The position numbers and the translations under genes are program-made. 64,000 nt of DNA, taken from assembly GCA_013239625.1 (NCBI GenBank), contig MU053376.1:706833-770832 (forward strand), written 5' to 3'. Below, in pieces: positions 36,938 to 50,572 of the stretch (positions within the stretch are counted from its first letter, which is position 1; each line of letters opens with the position of its first letter). The notes beneath the pieces are model-generated. The model was not told where the DNA came from and did no database searches. It saw only the letters and a program-made list of their open reading frames with translations. This DNA is from Lama guanicoe. Lineage: Eukaryota.

Positions 36938-37189
36938 CCAGGAGGGGCTCGTTTGGACTCTGGCAGCTCTTGTACGTGCAGATCTGTGATGCAGGCTCAG
37001 GTGCAGATCTGGAGGAGACAGGAGAAGCTGAGCTTAAGGATGTGGCTCTCCACAGTCACCTGAGCCCCCTGCTCTGCTCCCAAGGGGTGCGCACTGCCTG
37101 GTGGGGGGCAGGTGGGCTGCATCTCCCGGCTGGGGCTGGGGAGGGACTTCTCTGGTTGACTCACAGGGAGGAGTCTGCCCTTTTCCGTC

Positions 37190-37523
37190 CTCCATGCGTG
37201 CATGAGTCACTGGGGATCTTGTGAAAGTGCAGAGGCAGAGTCAGCAGGGCTGGACTGGGCCTGGATTCTGCATTTCTAACCAGCCCCCAGGTAATGCCAA
37301 TACTCCCGGTCAGCAAACCACATTCTGATTGGCAAGGCCGTACACATGTTTTCTCAACCTGGCAACACATTAGCCTCACTGGGCGGAGATTTTTAAAGAT
37401 ACTGATGCTGGGGCCCACTCTGCACCAAATAAATCACAATCTCTGAACATTGGATTTGGGCACAGGAGTGTTTAAAGGCCCTCCTGGTGATCCTAATGTC
37501 CAGCCCAGGCTGAGAACCACTGG
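37190..37523. mobile_element. Two adjacent MER5-family MITEs (~37190-37337 and ~37345-37523)
   Basis: First: ggggatcttgtgaaagtgcag...ttctgcatttctaaccagcccccaggt. Second (MER5A1-like): ttctcaacctggc...ggtgatcctaatgtccagcccaggctgagaaccactg. Confidence 0.75.
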
Positions 37524-40500
37524 CTGTCTGGATGGTTTTTCTCCCCCACAGTACCACATACAGAGACTTATGCCCAGCAGGAGCTTGATAAAAGCTGATC
37601 TGCTTTTTACCTGGCTATTCTGTCCTTACCCTAGGAGACTAAGAGCCTCGAGGGCACAGAATGTCTCATGTCACCAGCCTTGCCCTGCCGTAGTCCTCAC
37701 TCGGAAGGTGGGCTCACTCCATCGCTTTGGCCACTGCTCCCAGGGATGTACCATCAGCCATGAGCGACCAAAGAATGTGGCTGGTCTAGAGGTGGCCAGT
37801 TCTAACTCCCAGAACCAGCCAAAGTGGGCACCCGGTGCCTAGAACCATGCCCGGCATGTAGTAAACTTTCAAGAAATAGACATTGAACGGATGATTGTTC
37901 CAGTGTGAGGTGGCAGAAAGGGCACTGGATTAGGGGTCTGAAGAGCAGACGAATTAGGGATCTAAAAGGACCAGAGCAAGTTAGCTTTAATTTTCTCAGT
38001 TGCGAAATGGGGATAACAGTGCCTACCAAATAGGACAATTTAAACAGAGTAATGTAGGAGAAAGGGCTCTGTAAAGAGCTCGTGTTGTGCAGATAAATGA
38101 TTGTGCAGGGATTCATTTTAAAAGCAGCTGGCTAAGCTCTCGGTATTGGTCTTCCAAACCCTGCTCTAAGAGACCCTCCCAGGTCCCACGGTGCATGCTT
38201 CTGTCCACAGAGCAGCGAGGGGCGAGGGAGGAGCTGTCCACTGGACACCTGCTCTGGGTCAGGTGCTGTGCTGGATGTCGGCTTTTATCACCTCCTTGAT
38301 TCGTCACAACCTTTGGATTGGATGTTCTTATCTCCATCACATGGGAACAAATGGGGGCTCCGAATGGTCCTGAAGCAGGATCTCTCCAAGTGACAGAGCT
38401 GGAACTAGATCTGACTCTGGAGTCTCCCCATCCTGGCTCACTACCCTGCAGGCAGCTCTGGGCTCTCACGTGGGCTGACGGCTCCTTGTTTGAGAAGCTT
38501 TCTTGTCTGGGAGCCACATGTACTGAGAGTGAAGTAAGAACCTGGGCATCACAGAAACTCCTGTCTTCACTTAGGGAATGGGTCTGATGGCACAGGAGTC
38601 CTGGCCACCATGGCGCTGGAGAGTCGCTGCTCAGAGTTGTTGTCAGGCCCCAAGGCAGAGGCTGTGACGCCTTCCCTGTAGAAGAGTCACCATCTGTCCC
38701 CACCATCCCCTCCCTGCTCGACAGAGCCACTGAACCCAGCTCTCGTCTGTTTTGCTTACCTAAGCTTACCTTTCATTCTGGTACTGAAAGAAAATGGGAA
38801 CCACAAAGGGAACAATCTCATGAGCCTCCCTTTATCTGCAGGTGGAACATGGGCAGAATATTTTCATCATCTGCTGCTCACGCTCCCATCCTGCGGTGTG
38901 TGTAGAAGGGTCTCCTCCAATAGACTTAGCCCCGGGAGGGGGTCCCAGTGTCTGTTATTCTCCCGCCCACCAGCTTCAGCAATGTTGCCCATGTCACAAG
39001 GGCACATCCCGCCAGGAGTCAGCCTGGCTAAGCTGCTCAATAAAAGAGGAGGGAGGGCTGATTTGCATGGTCTGACCCGTCTGGAGGGATCCGCCTAGTC
39101 CAGGTGCTTGTCTGTCTTTACCTAGAAGACTTCTTTAACTCAGGACCTTATCAGGTATTAGCTGAGACTAACTGAATCCACACTGAGGAAGAGAACTGTA
39201 CAAGTTCACTGGGCGGGGAGCAAGTGTGACCACGTAGATGCTGCAGGTTTCCCACGGTGGGCTTTGGGTACAAATTTCTAATGCTCCTCATTGAGAAATG
39301 ACTAGCTCTCTGTTCATATCTGGCCCACATTTGTCCTCTTGCTGCGTTCTAACTTGGCTGATTTTTGTCTTACGTATTCCCTGAAATTCTGTGCTGAGCT
39401 TCCTGCATCAGAACCAGTATTGCAACATCCAGAACGCTCTTAAACTTTATGAATTGTTCAAAGTTTATTTTTAAGTGCAGACAGTTTATCCGTTGTACTG
39501 CTTCAGTATGTCTCTGCTAAATACCCATTTTATATTTGGGTTTTTCTTCTTCTCTTTCTCTTTAAGAATGTCTAGTGTTGAGCTCTGTTTCCTGTCTCTG
39601 GCTCTGCATGGTCAGCTTGCTGCCCCTCATGGGAATGAAGACTTCCAGTTAGGAAGACTTCCAGTTAGGCCTGGGCTGAAAGTGCATCCCGTCACCCGAA
39701 AGCTTGGCCACCCACGACCTGTCTGTGTCATTTAACGTTGTTAAACACCCCGTCTGACTGTAGAGGTCAGGGTCTTCGTGCTTCATCTTTTCACTCCCGT
39801 GGACTACAGCTACTCCAGGGCAACCTGCCCTGGGTAGTTTAGGGATCGGCATGAGTCTGCTGGGCTTCTGGGACTTTGATGGGTTGGCAGGTGGGGCCCC
39901 AGGTCTCTGGCTCTATTCCTGTAACATTTAGCCGCCTTCACAGCTGCGGGGGCCTCCACTCCGCACTGACAGCTGGGGACTGTGAGATGTGCACGTTAGG
40001 AGAAAGCAAAGGTGAAAGGAGATACAGCACAGGACTGTGAATGCTGTGTGGCTGGGCCCTTCTGGAAGGTTCTGGAAGGCTGATGTGGGGCAGGAGGGAG
40101 GTGAGGGTCAGGGCCCCATTCTGCAACAAACTGGGAAAACCCTCTCTGAGCATATCCCCTCTTTCCTTTGTATTCTTAAACCTTGAAAAATAAAGAGAAG
40201 GCTTTGGGATGGCATCCTAAAAGGTTACAGTGGGGCTTCTGAGAGCAAGAATGCTTTGCTTCTCCATGGGCTGGTGACATCATCTGGGGTCAGCCCAGAT
40301 GCTGGCATGTTGGGGACAGACCAAAACAAGCCAAGGACTACTCAGTGGTGGCTAAAGATATTCCGCTGGCTTGGACTATTTTTGCTCCAGATCATTCATC
40401 TGCCTTCTCCCCTTTCTGCCCTCCCAGGTCTGTTTCCCTCCGTTCCCAGTGTGGGATGCCCAAGGGCATGCATCCGGTCTGGGAAGCAGAAGTGTACAAG

Positions 40501-42291
40501 AGCAAAACTGCCTGGGTTCCAATCTGTCTCTCTAGTCACTAGTTGAGTGATCTTTGGCAAATGACTTAAATCTTCACTAATTTTCGTCTATGAAACAGGG
40601 AGTTAAATAGTACCTATCCTGCATGGATTTGGTAAGATTAGTTTAGATAATGCACATGAATTTCTTTGCCTAAAGCCGAGCAAATAAGAAGTGGCTGATG
40701 AAAGTGAGCCGTTGTGACTTCCCTGCCGTCACTTCCTCCTGGTGGCTTCCTGCCCTACCTTAGTCAAGACACCTAACGGCTTTGGGGAGCAACCAATGGT
40801 ATTTCTGAGCCTCAGATAGGTGCTCATTTGTGTGCTAGGTCCTGTGAGAATTACAGTGGAGAAGAAGAGGCAATCTTTGCCCTCAAAAACCTTGCACTCT
40901 AACTGAGCAAGCACACTAGGCATCCATGTGTGGTGAAGACTGCTAACTACACAAGGTGATGAAGAATAAACGCACAGGCATGGTTTGGACCATAGAGCTC
41001 TTGGAGTCTGAGAGAGAGTTCATTTTCATCTTGAGCCTGGGAGACTCAAGGAGGAGATTTAGGATGGAGCCTTGAAAGATGGAGCCTTACTCTTTCTGTG
41101 CCCCTAACGAGCTCAGTAGGGAGGGTCTCCAAAGGGGAGGGAGGGTAATTCAGAAGAAATGGACAGTCTATCCCTTTAAGCCCTTGACTTCCTAATTTCA
41201 TGCCGGCCACATCTATAGAGAAAAAGGATGATGGGCCAAAAGGGATGACTTTTCTGAGGCACAGACACAGTGAGGAAACCAATATAAAGTTAAATCAACA
41301 AAACAGAGGTAGAAGTGAGGTACACGTATCAGGCCAGGGTATGAGAGTCCATTTCGCATATGAAGCCACTTCGGTTTCCTTGTTTTGCTTCCTATAATCT
41401 ACTTGTATCCTTATCATACCCTTGCCACACCAGGTCAATACACTGAGCTAATGTGGCATTTCCACTGTAGATGTGGGGAAACCAAAATGTAGAGAGTTGG
41501 GGACCCGGGGAGGAAGCAGCATGAGTCAGGACAGAGCCAAGCCGAGTTGCCTCCCTCCTGACCCTTGGCCTGTGGATTCCTCGTCTCGCTCTCTCCTGGG
41601 CTTCTCCTGTGACACAGGTCTCAGCTGGTGTCTAGTGTAAGGCCAGCCCTGGATCCCGAGGTGGGGAAGGGAGGGCAGGCCACCACCCAACGCAAGACCT
41701 TTTCCCGTTCAAGCATCTCTGGCCCAGAACACCATGTGACCATCCCTGCACCCTCCCAGCTCTGGCAGGGTTTCAAGTCCTGGTCTCAACAGCCACGGGA
41801 CTTGGTGGCCAGGCCTGGGAACAGCCCATTGTCTTCTTGCATTACCGCTGGCTGTGTGGCTGCTGGCTAGCTTGCTTGTTCAGTTTTAATTTGTTTTGTG
41901 TGGGCTGCTCTGAGCCCTATATTCAGCCACAGCTGGGCAGCTGGCACCTGCTCAACATTTGGCCCAGTCTAGCCTAGGATTCTCCATGGTACTGATGGAA
42001 GACCGCTGGCTCTGTGTGTGTGTGTGCGCATGCGTGTGGGGGGGTGGGCAGGAAGGTGTTAAGCTCCATGAAAAGCAGACTTCTTTCTCTACAGGGGGCT
42101 CATTTTTGAGTGGAGATAACTCAGGCTGATGTGTGTCTTTTGGGAGCCCCTGTGGTTTTCTTCTTGCAGGTGTGTGTAAATGGACCTTGGTTATCAACCT
42201 GGCCACCAGTGGGAGGACAGGAGGTGTGCTGTGGTCATGGGTTCTAGGCGTTAGTAGCCCGTGACCTCCCCCATCCCTGGTTATGGTCATC

Positions 42292-42316
42292 GCAGCAGCA
42301 GCAGCAGCAGCAGCAG
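42292..42316. repeat. (GCA)8 trinucleotide repeat
   Basis: Directly visible; intronic, next to a MIR end. Confidence 0.95.
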
Positions 42317-42564
42317 TAAGAAGAAGAGTGAGGTTATCATAATGACAGCTTCCAGATATTCAGAGCTTACTATGAGCTTAGGGCTTTTAATAGATGTCTT
42401 ATTCCACACTCACCCATGATGTATTTCCGGTGGCCTTGCTTTACGGGCAGGGAAAGGGAGGCACAGGAAGATTGATGTTTTTTTTTTTTCTGAGGTCGCT
42501 CGGCTAGTGAGCTGTGCGGTGGGGCCTCAACTCAGATCCTTCTGATTCCAGTCAGACTCATCTG

Positions 42565-42676
42565 GTGGAGGGGATTAGATTTTTTTATTCATTTTTTAAA
42601 TGGAGGTACTGGGGATTGAACCCAGGACCTCGTACATGCTAAGCACACACTCTGCCACTGAGCTACACCCTCCCCC
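42565..42676 (-). mobile_element. Vic-1-type SINE inserted in a MIR
   Basis: tggaggtactggggattgaacccaggacctcgtacatgctaagcacacactctgccactgagctacaccctccccc; MIR text on both sides (from ~42340, resuming taagctcttaacc). Confidence 0.9.
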
Positions 42677-43816
42677 TAAGCTCTTAACCTTCGTGCTGTC
42701 TGAATGCTGAGGAAATCCTTCCCCGCCAGAAAGTCCACTGTAACCCTGACCACCACCCTGTTCCCTCCTGCTGGAGGAAGAAGAGGCAGAGGTCTGACCA
42801 GCTGATGGGTTCCTTGGTTATTGGGGGGGGCTTAGAATCTCGTGGGATGCTGAGACATCTGAGCTTGGGGAGACCCTGGGGTTAAGTCACGTTATATCAA
42901 GCCCCTCACTCTGCATAGGAGGAAGACGAGGCCTGAGGAAGGGACTCACTCAAAGCTGGACGGCAACGTGATGGCAACGCGAGGCAGAACCCAGTCTCCC
43001 GGCTCATAGCCCTGGGTTGTCTCGCCATCGTCTGTTAGCAGAGCACCTTTGCTGCCCCACGGCCCTGCTGCCACCTCCCCAGATGCTGCTTTTCCTGTGA
43101 GCAGGAGGCATGGGGGCAAGGAGTGGTGGTGGGAGTCGTCAGGTTTGTCTCCTTCTGAGGCAGAAGCTCACAGGACCCCTCCAGAGCCAGAGGAATGCAA
43201 CTGCATTAGTCTCCGCTGTGATGCTGGCAAGCGCATGAACACAAAGCCAGGTGGAGGCTTGGTGTGGGCCTTGGGACTCACTTCTGGCTCTGCCTTTGTC
43301 TTCCCATTAACCCACTGGAAACAGTGATCATTTCCCCAAATCGCAGAGGGGTACACTGAGACTGAGGGACCCAGAACCCCAGCCAGGGAAGTCTGGGAAC
43401 TTACCCTGTCCTCGTCCATCCTCTGTCCAGGCACTGACACTACCTCTTAGCAGGGCTCACCAGGACCCAGTGGGTTGGATGCCATCCTACAATTCCCTTC
43501 ATCATTATTTTTTGTAAATCGTGTTAAAGTAAAACATGCATACAGTAAAGCACACGAATCCATGGTTTATATTTCATAAATGTTAGTTTGCTGATTATAA
43601 AGGTAAAAGTTATACAATTTGAAACAAATGAACAAATAAGGAAACCCAGTCACTTAGAAATAACAACCGTTAAGGTCTGATGTTTATGCTTTCAGCTGAT
43701 CTTATTCTGGTTTGAGAGTCATGCTAGTAGTTGGCTGTTGGGGACAGAGTACAAGGACAGGGGTCACAGAGGGTCCTTCTTAGGATATTTCACTGGTGGT
43801 CCTGGCTACAGCTTGA

Positions 43817-43990
43817 CGTCTTTTTTTCCCCCCTTTTTTAAAAAATTTGAAGTATAGTCAGTTTACAATGTTGTGTCAATTTCTGGTGTGCAACATAATG
43901 TTTCAGTCATACATATACATACATATATTCCTTTTTATCTTCTTTTTCAAAATAGATTACTAACAAGATATTGAATATAGTTCCCTGTGC
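43817..43990 (-). mobile_element. Short young L1 3'-end insertion
   Basis: ttgaagtatagtcagtttacaatgttgtgtcaatttctggtgt...gatattgaatatagttccctgtgct; TSD gctacagcttga (43805-43816) / gctacagcctga (43989-44000). Confidence 0.85.
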
Positions 43991-44544
43991 TACAGCCTGA
44001 TTTCTGACCTTTACCTGCAGCTTAGAAACATTATCATCCCCGCCCCACTGTTAATAAGTCAAATAATCAGCAGTAACACCGTGCAGGCCATTGTTTATTG
44101 AATCGCCTGCATTGTTCAAAATACAAAAGTCAGGTTTGACGCTTTGGGAAGAGAGTTCTAGAGCACTTGAGGTCAGGTGTGTCCCCAGGGAGACCAGTTG
44201 GCTGGGTAAATGCTGGGTGTTCACACACATCTGAGTTGGAGCCTGCTTCTCAGGCCTCCCTTTGGGGCTCATGAGCAAGGCTTAGAGGGCAGCAGCCACT
44301 GAGTGGAAGGATGTAGCCCCATTCTTGGGCTCGTCAGCCTCAACTATTTGTGCCTGAGTCTTCCTACGGAGATCGGCTTCCACTGGGCATTGAGTCATTT
44401 TACGTGAAGTGTTCAGAAGGGTACGTGGTGCTGCCCGAGCTCTGCCAGTGTTCGCTGATCCCACCGTCATCATGCGCACCATCTCACTCTCCATGCTGGG
44501 ACAGAAACTGTCAGAGCTGCAAGGGACCAAACACGGGCTGCTCT

Positions 44545-44720
44545 GTGACTCTCAGACTTTAGCCTCATCAGGGCTTCTTAGAACACGGGTTGCTGGGCCC
44601 CACCCCCACAGTTTCTGAGTCAGGAGTTCTGGGATGGGGCCCAAGAACGTGCATTTCTGACAAGTTCACAAGTGCTGCTCCTGCTGCTGGTTCAAGGACT
44701 GCACTTGGAGAACCACTAGT
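44545..44720. mobile_element. MER5A-like MITE
   Basis: ttgctgggccccacccccacagtttctgagtcagg...gcatttctgacaagttc...cacttggagaaccact. Confidence 0.8.
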
Positions 44721-44750
44721 CCAACTCTTTCATTTTTGCAAGGGTGGGCC

Positions 44751-45091
44751 TGCTATGGTCTGAAAGTCTGTGTCCCTCCAGAATTCCATATGTTGAAAAC
44801 CTAATGCTCGAAGTGATGGTGTTAGGAGGTGGGGGCTCTGGGAGGTGATTAGGTTGCGAGGGTGGCGCCCTCATGGATGGGATTAGTGCCCTTATAACAG
44901 AGACCCTAGAAAGCTTAGCTCATCCCTTGCACTGTGTGAGGACGCAGAGAGAAGGCAGCTGCCTGCAACCTGGAAGAGGGTCCTCACTAGAACCTGACCA
45001 CAGTGGCAGCTACCAGAGCTGTGAGAAGTCTGTTGTTTTTAAGCCACCCTGTCCGTGGTGTTTGGTTGTGGCAGCCTGAAGGGTCTAAGAC
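44751..45091 (+). mobile_element. MLT1A-like MaLR solo LTR
   Basis: tgctatggtctgaaagtctgtgtccctccagaattccatatgttgaaaaccta...ggcagcctgaagggtctaagac. Confidence 0.88.
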
Positions 45092-48000
45092 CGCACCACG
45101 TCCTGGTCCATTATCCTCCGGGAAGTGCAGCAGCTGGGGGGGTGAGGGACTGCTCTCTTAACGAGACAGAAGCTGTCCCAGCTCTGTGGAAAGGGGGCAG
45201 GAGCAGACACAGCATGACTCAGGGCTGAGGGATAGGGGCAGGAGTGCAAATCCTGGCCACCCCCACCCCTGCAATTTCAGTTGTTCATCCAAGAACCACT
45301 TATCAAGTGTCTCCTGTGGGGAAAGGGCCACTCTTGGCGCTGCTTGGGGGGACCAGGCCAACAGGACAGTCTGTGTTGCCACAGCGTGTCCCCCTCTCCT
45401 CCTGTCTGCTCCGTTGACAGGGCCTCACCCTCCAATGGACTTTGGAGTCACCCTGTCGCTGCTGGGTGCACAGGGAGAGGAGAGGGCTCTGAGTCGAGAG
45501 GCCAGATGCCGAGCCTCCTTCTGCTCTGACTCATCAGGGGACCTCAGCTCAGTCATCCTCTAGGCTTCAGCTTCTTGATCAGAAAATTCCGTGCAGCAGT
45601 AGGTGGGGTGACGGTTGAACAAGACTCCTTCCCTAGCCTGTGATTCGAGACCTCTGGGGGCTCTCGGATGGCTGATGTCGTCTGACTCCTTGTCCGTTGT
45701 TGCTGAGTTAAGATCCTTACTCCATGCTTCCCTCCTTAATATGAAACAGACTGGGGCTCTCCTGGTGCGTGGGGTGTGAGGACTTCGAGAGCAGGTGCCG
45801 TGTTCTCTGCTGGACCCTGCCGACTGCAGGGCTGGTTTTGCCCTGAGAGTTTTACTTTGCTTTTCTCAGTCATCTATTGTTTTGTTTATCCATGATGGAC
45901 CGTGAGTGGAGACAGGACACAGATGGAACTTCGCAGAGCTAATGAGGCGCACAGTAATAATCCTACAAATGTGCCTGAAGATGTTGCTCACCAGATTGTA
46001 TTCATTTAACCAGAATTTTTATATAGCACATCAAGATGTTTCTAGTACTCAAGAAAAAGTGATAATTATCCCTAAAGTGGATTTTCATTCACTGGAAATA
46101 AACACTATTTACACCTATAACAGAGAAGTGCATGCAGATTAGTCTGAATGTTTCTCTCTTGCAGAGACAAAATTTCAAATTTACAAAGCACGCAAGATAA
46201 GAATTTCCAACTTTATGATGTGAGAGCAGCTTTTGACTATACCTTAACATTCGATTAAATTGCTACACTATAATTTGATCTCCAGGCCTGACGTGATACA
46301 ATATGCCATCTAAAAATGTGTTAACAAGTAATGCTTTTTCTTATCTAGTTAACCTGAGCTAAATTGGACAGGATATGCCATTTGCTAAATTGGGAAGGAG
46401 GAGAGTTGAATTTATGCAGGTAATAATCATTATTAAAGTTGGTGTTAAAACTACTCTTTATAAAAATTTTAATGATAACCTGATCTAAAATGGCATATTT
46501 TTAAACTGAAAAATATGCAAAAATAACCAAATCATGTTAGCACTTTCTTGGTGTGATTACAAGATAGCAAGATGGGAAGCGTTAACAAGAACAACCTCTA
46601 AGATTTCCTCTGGCTCTGATACACTGGGATTCTAGGATGGCGTGGGGTCTGAAAACCACCATGAAAGCCGGGAGAAGGTAGTAGATTGACGGGGGTGGGT
46701 GGTGGACACGGTGTGCCCCCTTCCCCGCAGATTGTTGTTGGAAATGGAATTAGACACGTTCTTTGAGAGTCTAGATGTCAGAACTACAGAAAGCATCATT
46801 CTGTCCAACTAACCCAAGAGCTTTCTAACCATTAGACTCATTGGATCCTAGAATTGGAAGGGGCCTTAGACATCATCTGATCCTACTAGAGCTGCCCCAA
46901 ATAACTGAACTGAGAAGCCTTGCGTAGTGTGAGCTCTGTGTCTCAGGGAGCATTTAAGCAGAGGCCAATTGCCCCCATGCCTGGGATGTTGGCCTGCCCC
47001 TCTGGCCTCCATGGCTAGAACCTGCCCGTGGGGCTCAGAAATGAGTGTGGCCAGATGGACACTACTCTCGCCCCTTCTCTCCCATCAGCTGAAAGTTGCA
47101 TTTGGCAAAGATCACTCTGGGGATGGATGAGTTTGGGGCCATGTCCTGGGACTCTTGGGAGCTTTGCTGTGACACCATAGGGGCTTTCCGTGGCCTCGTA
47201 GGCGTGCCTCGACTGGGTGAGCAGGCCAGGGTGTCTTCAGGGGCATCAGAGTTTTAGCCACTGTTTGAAAGAGGCAGTAATGCCCTAGACTAGAGGAAAG
47301 GCCCTTGGACTTGGGACGCATCTGAGGCCCCTCCTAGCCTAAAGCATCTTCTGTATGTGATGATGTGATGGTGTCAGTACACACTGTCTCCGTGCCGCTT
47401 CCTCCCAGCCTGGCTTGCTGCTTTTCTGACCACTGAAACAGATGGGAAGCAATGTCGTGGAAAGCCCAAACCCTAGATAATCTACAATCCACGTTTGGTT
47501 TCCAAATGACCTACTGCATAGCTTTTTTACACAGATTATCTTTTCTAATTTTTCTTTTGTTGAGGCTGAAAACAAATGCTTTGATATACTTCAAGTCCAT
47601 ATTAGAAGTGAGGTCCCCACTACATTTGCTGCAGATAATTGATTGCTTTTAGTTCCCCATAATCACATTAGCTTATATTCTTTTATGTTAATCCTCTTCA
47701 GCTTTGGTCATTTCCTCTGTGTGTGTGTCCCTCATATCCCCCACTTAGACTTGACTGGCTTCTCTGAGCCCCAGCCTAGAGCCTTCTTTCTGCATCTCTT
47801 TACAGTCAAGGCTCAGTAACCGGCTCTCATTACTTTGGGGTGCAGTTAGGATGAAGCCAGTTGAAGCATAGGGTTTATAACCCTGAGCTGGTCCTTTAGG
47901 CTCTGTTTCTGTCTGGGGGAGGCGTTTGCTGCATATGTGTGTGTCCTGAACACAGCTGTTCATACAGCGCACACTCCTGATGAGGTGTCAAACCCATGCC

Positions 48001-49601
48001 AGCCGCTCTGTATCTCACTGACATGCTGAGAGAAGGCTGATGCTCTTGGCTTGCCCGCTCGGAGAGTGAGAAGGGAATCCCCGTGGTGAAGGTGCGAATG
48101 AGTTTCTCAGCTGGGTTCTCAGGACACCCTCTTTCTGCCTGTGGCTGTCACCATCAGGATCCTCTAGGCACACCTGGCTCTCTGTTGGTGGCCGGAAGAG
48201 GGATGGGGGAGGGGCTGGAGAGGGGTCGGCCAGAGGAGAGCGGATTGGCTTCTTCTCTGCTCTTCTTGGTGTGGAGGGGGGTGCCGAGGCTCCAAGCAAG
48301 CTTCCTGGGTTTCTCTCAAACCCAGACCTGACCGTAGTGGAATCTGGCTGCTAGATCGTTTGCTTACTGCCGCTAGGCTGCCTGCTCCTCACTCCAGCCT
48401 GCAGCCTTTCTGTCTGACCTGTGCGTAGATGCTCACTGAGAGCCTCAGTTCTCGCCACTCCTCTCTCTCTTGTTCACCCAGTCCTTGGGCAGTGGGCTCA
48501 TCCAGTGAGCCAGGGGTTGCGTGTAGGTAGCCTCGTCTTCTCCCGTTTTCCCCACGGGGCCCCTTCGTTTTGTGCCCGCTTGGTGAGTGCCTGTCCCAGG
48601 GGAAGGGGCCAGCTCAGCAGCTGGGAGCCTGGCCCTAGACAGCAGAGCCCGGTTGGCTTGCCTCCCCCCCCCCCTGACCTGGGAAATCCTCTAAGCTGAC
48701 CTAATTACCACCACGAGGAACAGCGTACTGATTCCTGGCAGATGTTGCAGTTTGAGGAGGGAGCGGATCCTTGGACAGGTGGGTGTGTGCCACTCTGGGG
48801 TTAACCTTTTGTTTGCTGTCTCCCTGGGACAAGTGTCTCCTTTCACTTTGCCATCCCTGTGGGCGTGAACCCTTTCAGAGCTCTTCCAGCCTGTCTGTCC
48901 TCCCTGGTCATCCATCCATCTCTGGTACCCAGGAATCACAGGCCCAGCTCAGCACAGACCTGCCTCACCTGGGGCGTTTCTGCTCCTCTGTCTTGGCGGG
49001 GAGCATCGTCAGGAGATGGTGTTTTCAGCCAGAAGCCCCAGTCTTTCCTCCTTCAGGGTCCCCTTCCACCCCTGCCCACATAGGAGCTGTTCAGTCCCCT
49101 GGAGAGTCCTTGGTGGGAAGCAGTTTTCCACTGAACCTTCTCCAGGCTTCACTGTGCTGACAGCTGCTCTTCCAGACCCCCCAGCTTCGGGGACGCTGGA
49201 ACCCTGGGGGGTGTTGTGCAGGGCAGTTCACCTTGCTTATCAAGCAGCTATGGAGTGTGTGCTTTATGTTAAGTTTACAGAGCGTAGTCTCATGCAGTTC
49301 AGCGTGCAGGGTTCTTTACCTGATGGGCCTCCCTTGAGCTTCCGTATAGTGGTTCGAGAACTCTGGGAGCCTGGATGAGTACCCTTGGGACTCAGGCTCA
49401 GTCAATGAGGGAGGCATGGAGCCAGAATCAGCTCTCAGCCCACCTGACTCCAGCCACAGGCTTTCGCCACCACCACAGAGGCAGCATTAGTGCTTGGCAG
49501 ATAGACCGTATGTTTGCGACTTAGTCCCTTTCTCAAGCTTATAATCTCAATATGGGAAGAAGACTTACACGTGGAGAAAAGGACTCAAGAATGCCATTCC
49601 A

Positions 49602-49716
49602 GGGGGAAGGTATAGCTCAGTGGTAGAGCACATGTTTAGCATGCAGGAGGTCCTGGGTTCAATTCCCAGTACCTCCATTAAAACACAGAAATTAAAAAAC
49701 AAAACAAAACAAAACA
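49602..49716 (+). mobile_element. Vic-1-type SINE, short form with (AAAAC)n tail
   Basis: gggggaaggtatagctcagtggtagagcacatgtttagcatgcaggaggtcctgggttcaattcccagtacctcca; TSD aagaatgccattcc (49587-49600) / aagaacaccattcc (49717-49730). Confidence 0.92.
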
Positions 49717-50084
49717 AAGAACACCATTCCGTTAACTTTAACTGGCACCTGGTTAACAGCAGTGGAGTTAGGAGGGAGAAGTCCGCTGGTGACTAGGGTC
49801 GCTGGGGAAGGCATTGCGCAAAAGTCAGGCTTTGAGGTAGATGTTAAAAGATAAGTAACGTTCTGATGCATGGAGAAAAAGAGAGAAGATGATACATAAG
49901 GAGGCAGAGGGAAAAGGCAGAGTGAGGAGACCTCTAACTGCACAGTGAGATGTGTGTGGGGAGCAGGGGGTACTGAGCGATCACTGATCATGTGCATGTG
50001 TGCGCATTCTGGATGTAAATGTCTGTCAAACATACATAAAGGTAGAGAGACTAGACCTCCCATAACCTAGGGCTTAACTTTAAG

Positions 50085-50572
50085 AAGTTATTTATTAAGA
50101 TGCAATTTGCATGACATAACATCTGTATGGATTTGCCTGTTCTGGACATTTCATCTTAAAGAAAGCATTTAATATGTAGCCTTTTGTGTCTAGCTTCTTT
50201 CACTTAGTTTTCACTAATCCACATTGTAGCATCTATCAGGACTTCCCTCCTTTTTATTGGCTGAATAATATTCCATCATATGTATACACCATAATTTGTT
50301 TATCCATTCATCTTTTGATGGACTTTCGGGTTGTTTCCACCTTTTGGCCACTGTGAATAGTGCTGCTATGAAAATGTGTGTATGTGTACTTGTTTGAGTA
50401 CTTGCTTTCAATTTTTTTAGTGTATGCCTACGAGTGGAATTGTGGGGTCGTATGGTAATTCTGTGTTTAACCTGTGGAGGAACCACCAAACTGGTTTTCC
50501 CAGTGGCTGCACCATTTTACATTTCCACAGTGATGCACCAGGTTTCCAGTTTCTCCACATCCTCCCCCAGAG
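50085..50572 (-). mobile_element. L1MB-like L1 fragment
   Basis: Minus ORF 50214-50489 reads HIFIAALFTVAKRWKQPESPSKDEWINKLWCIHMMEYYSA, the canonical L1 ORF2 C-terminus. Confidence 0.9.

Noticed and set aside
42292..42316. CAG repeat as a polyglutamine tract
   Set aside because: Only 8 units, not in a supported exon, adjacent to a MIR end.
49602..49677. tRNA-Ala(AGC)-like genes (also at 3224, 5642, 17146, 42601, 56979, 62255)
   Set aside because: Multiple diverged copies with A-rich tails and, in most cases, target-site duplications: SINEs, not functional tRNA genes.
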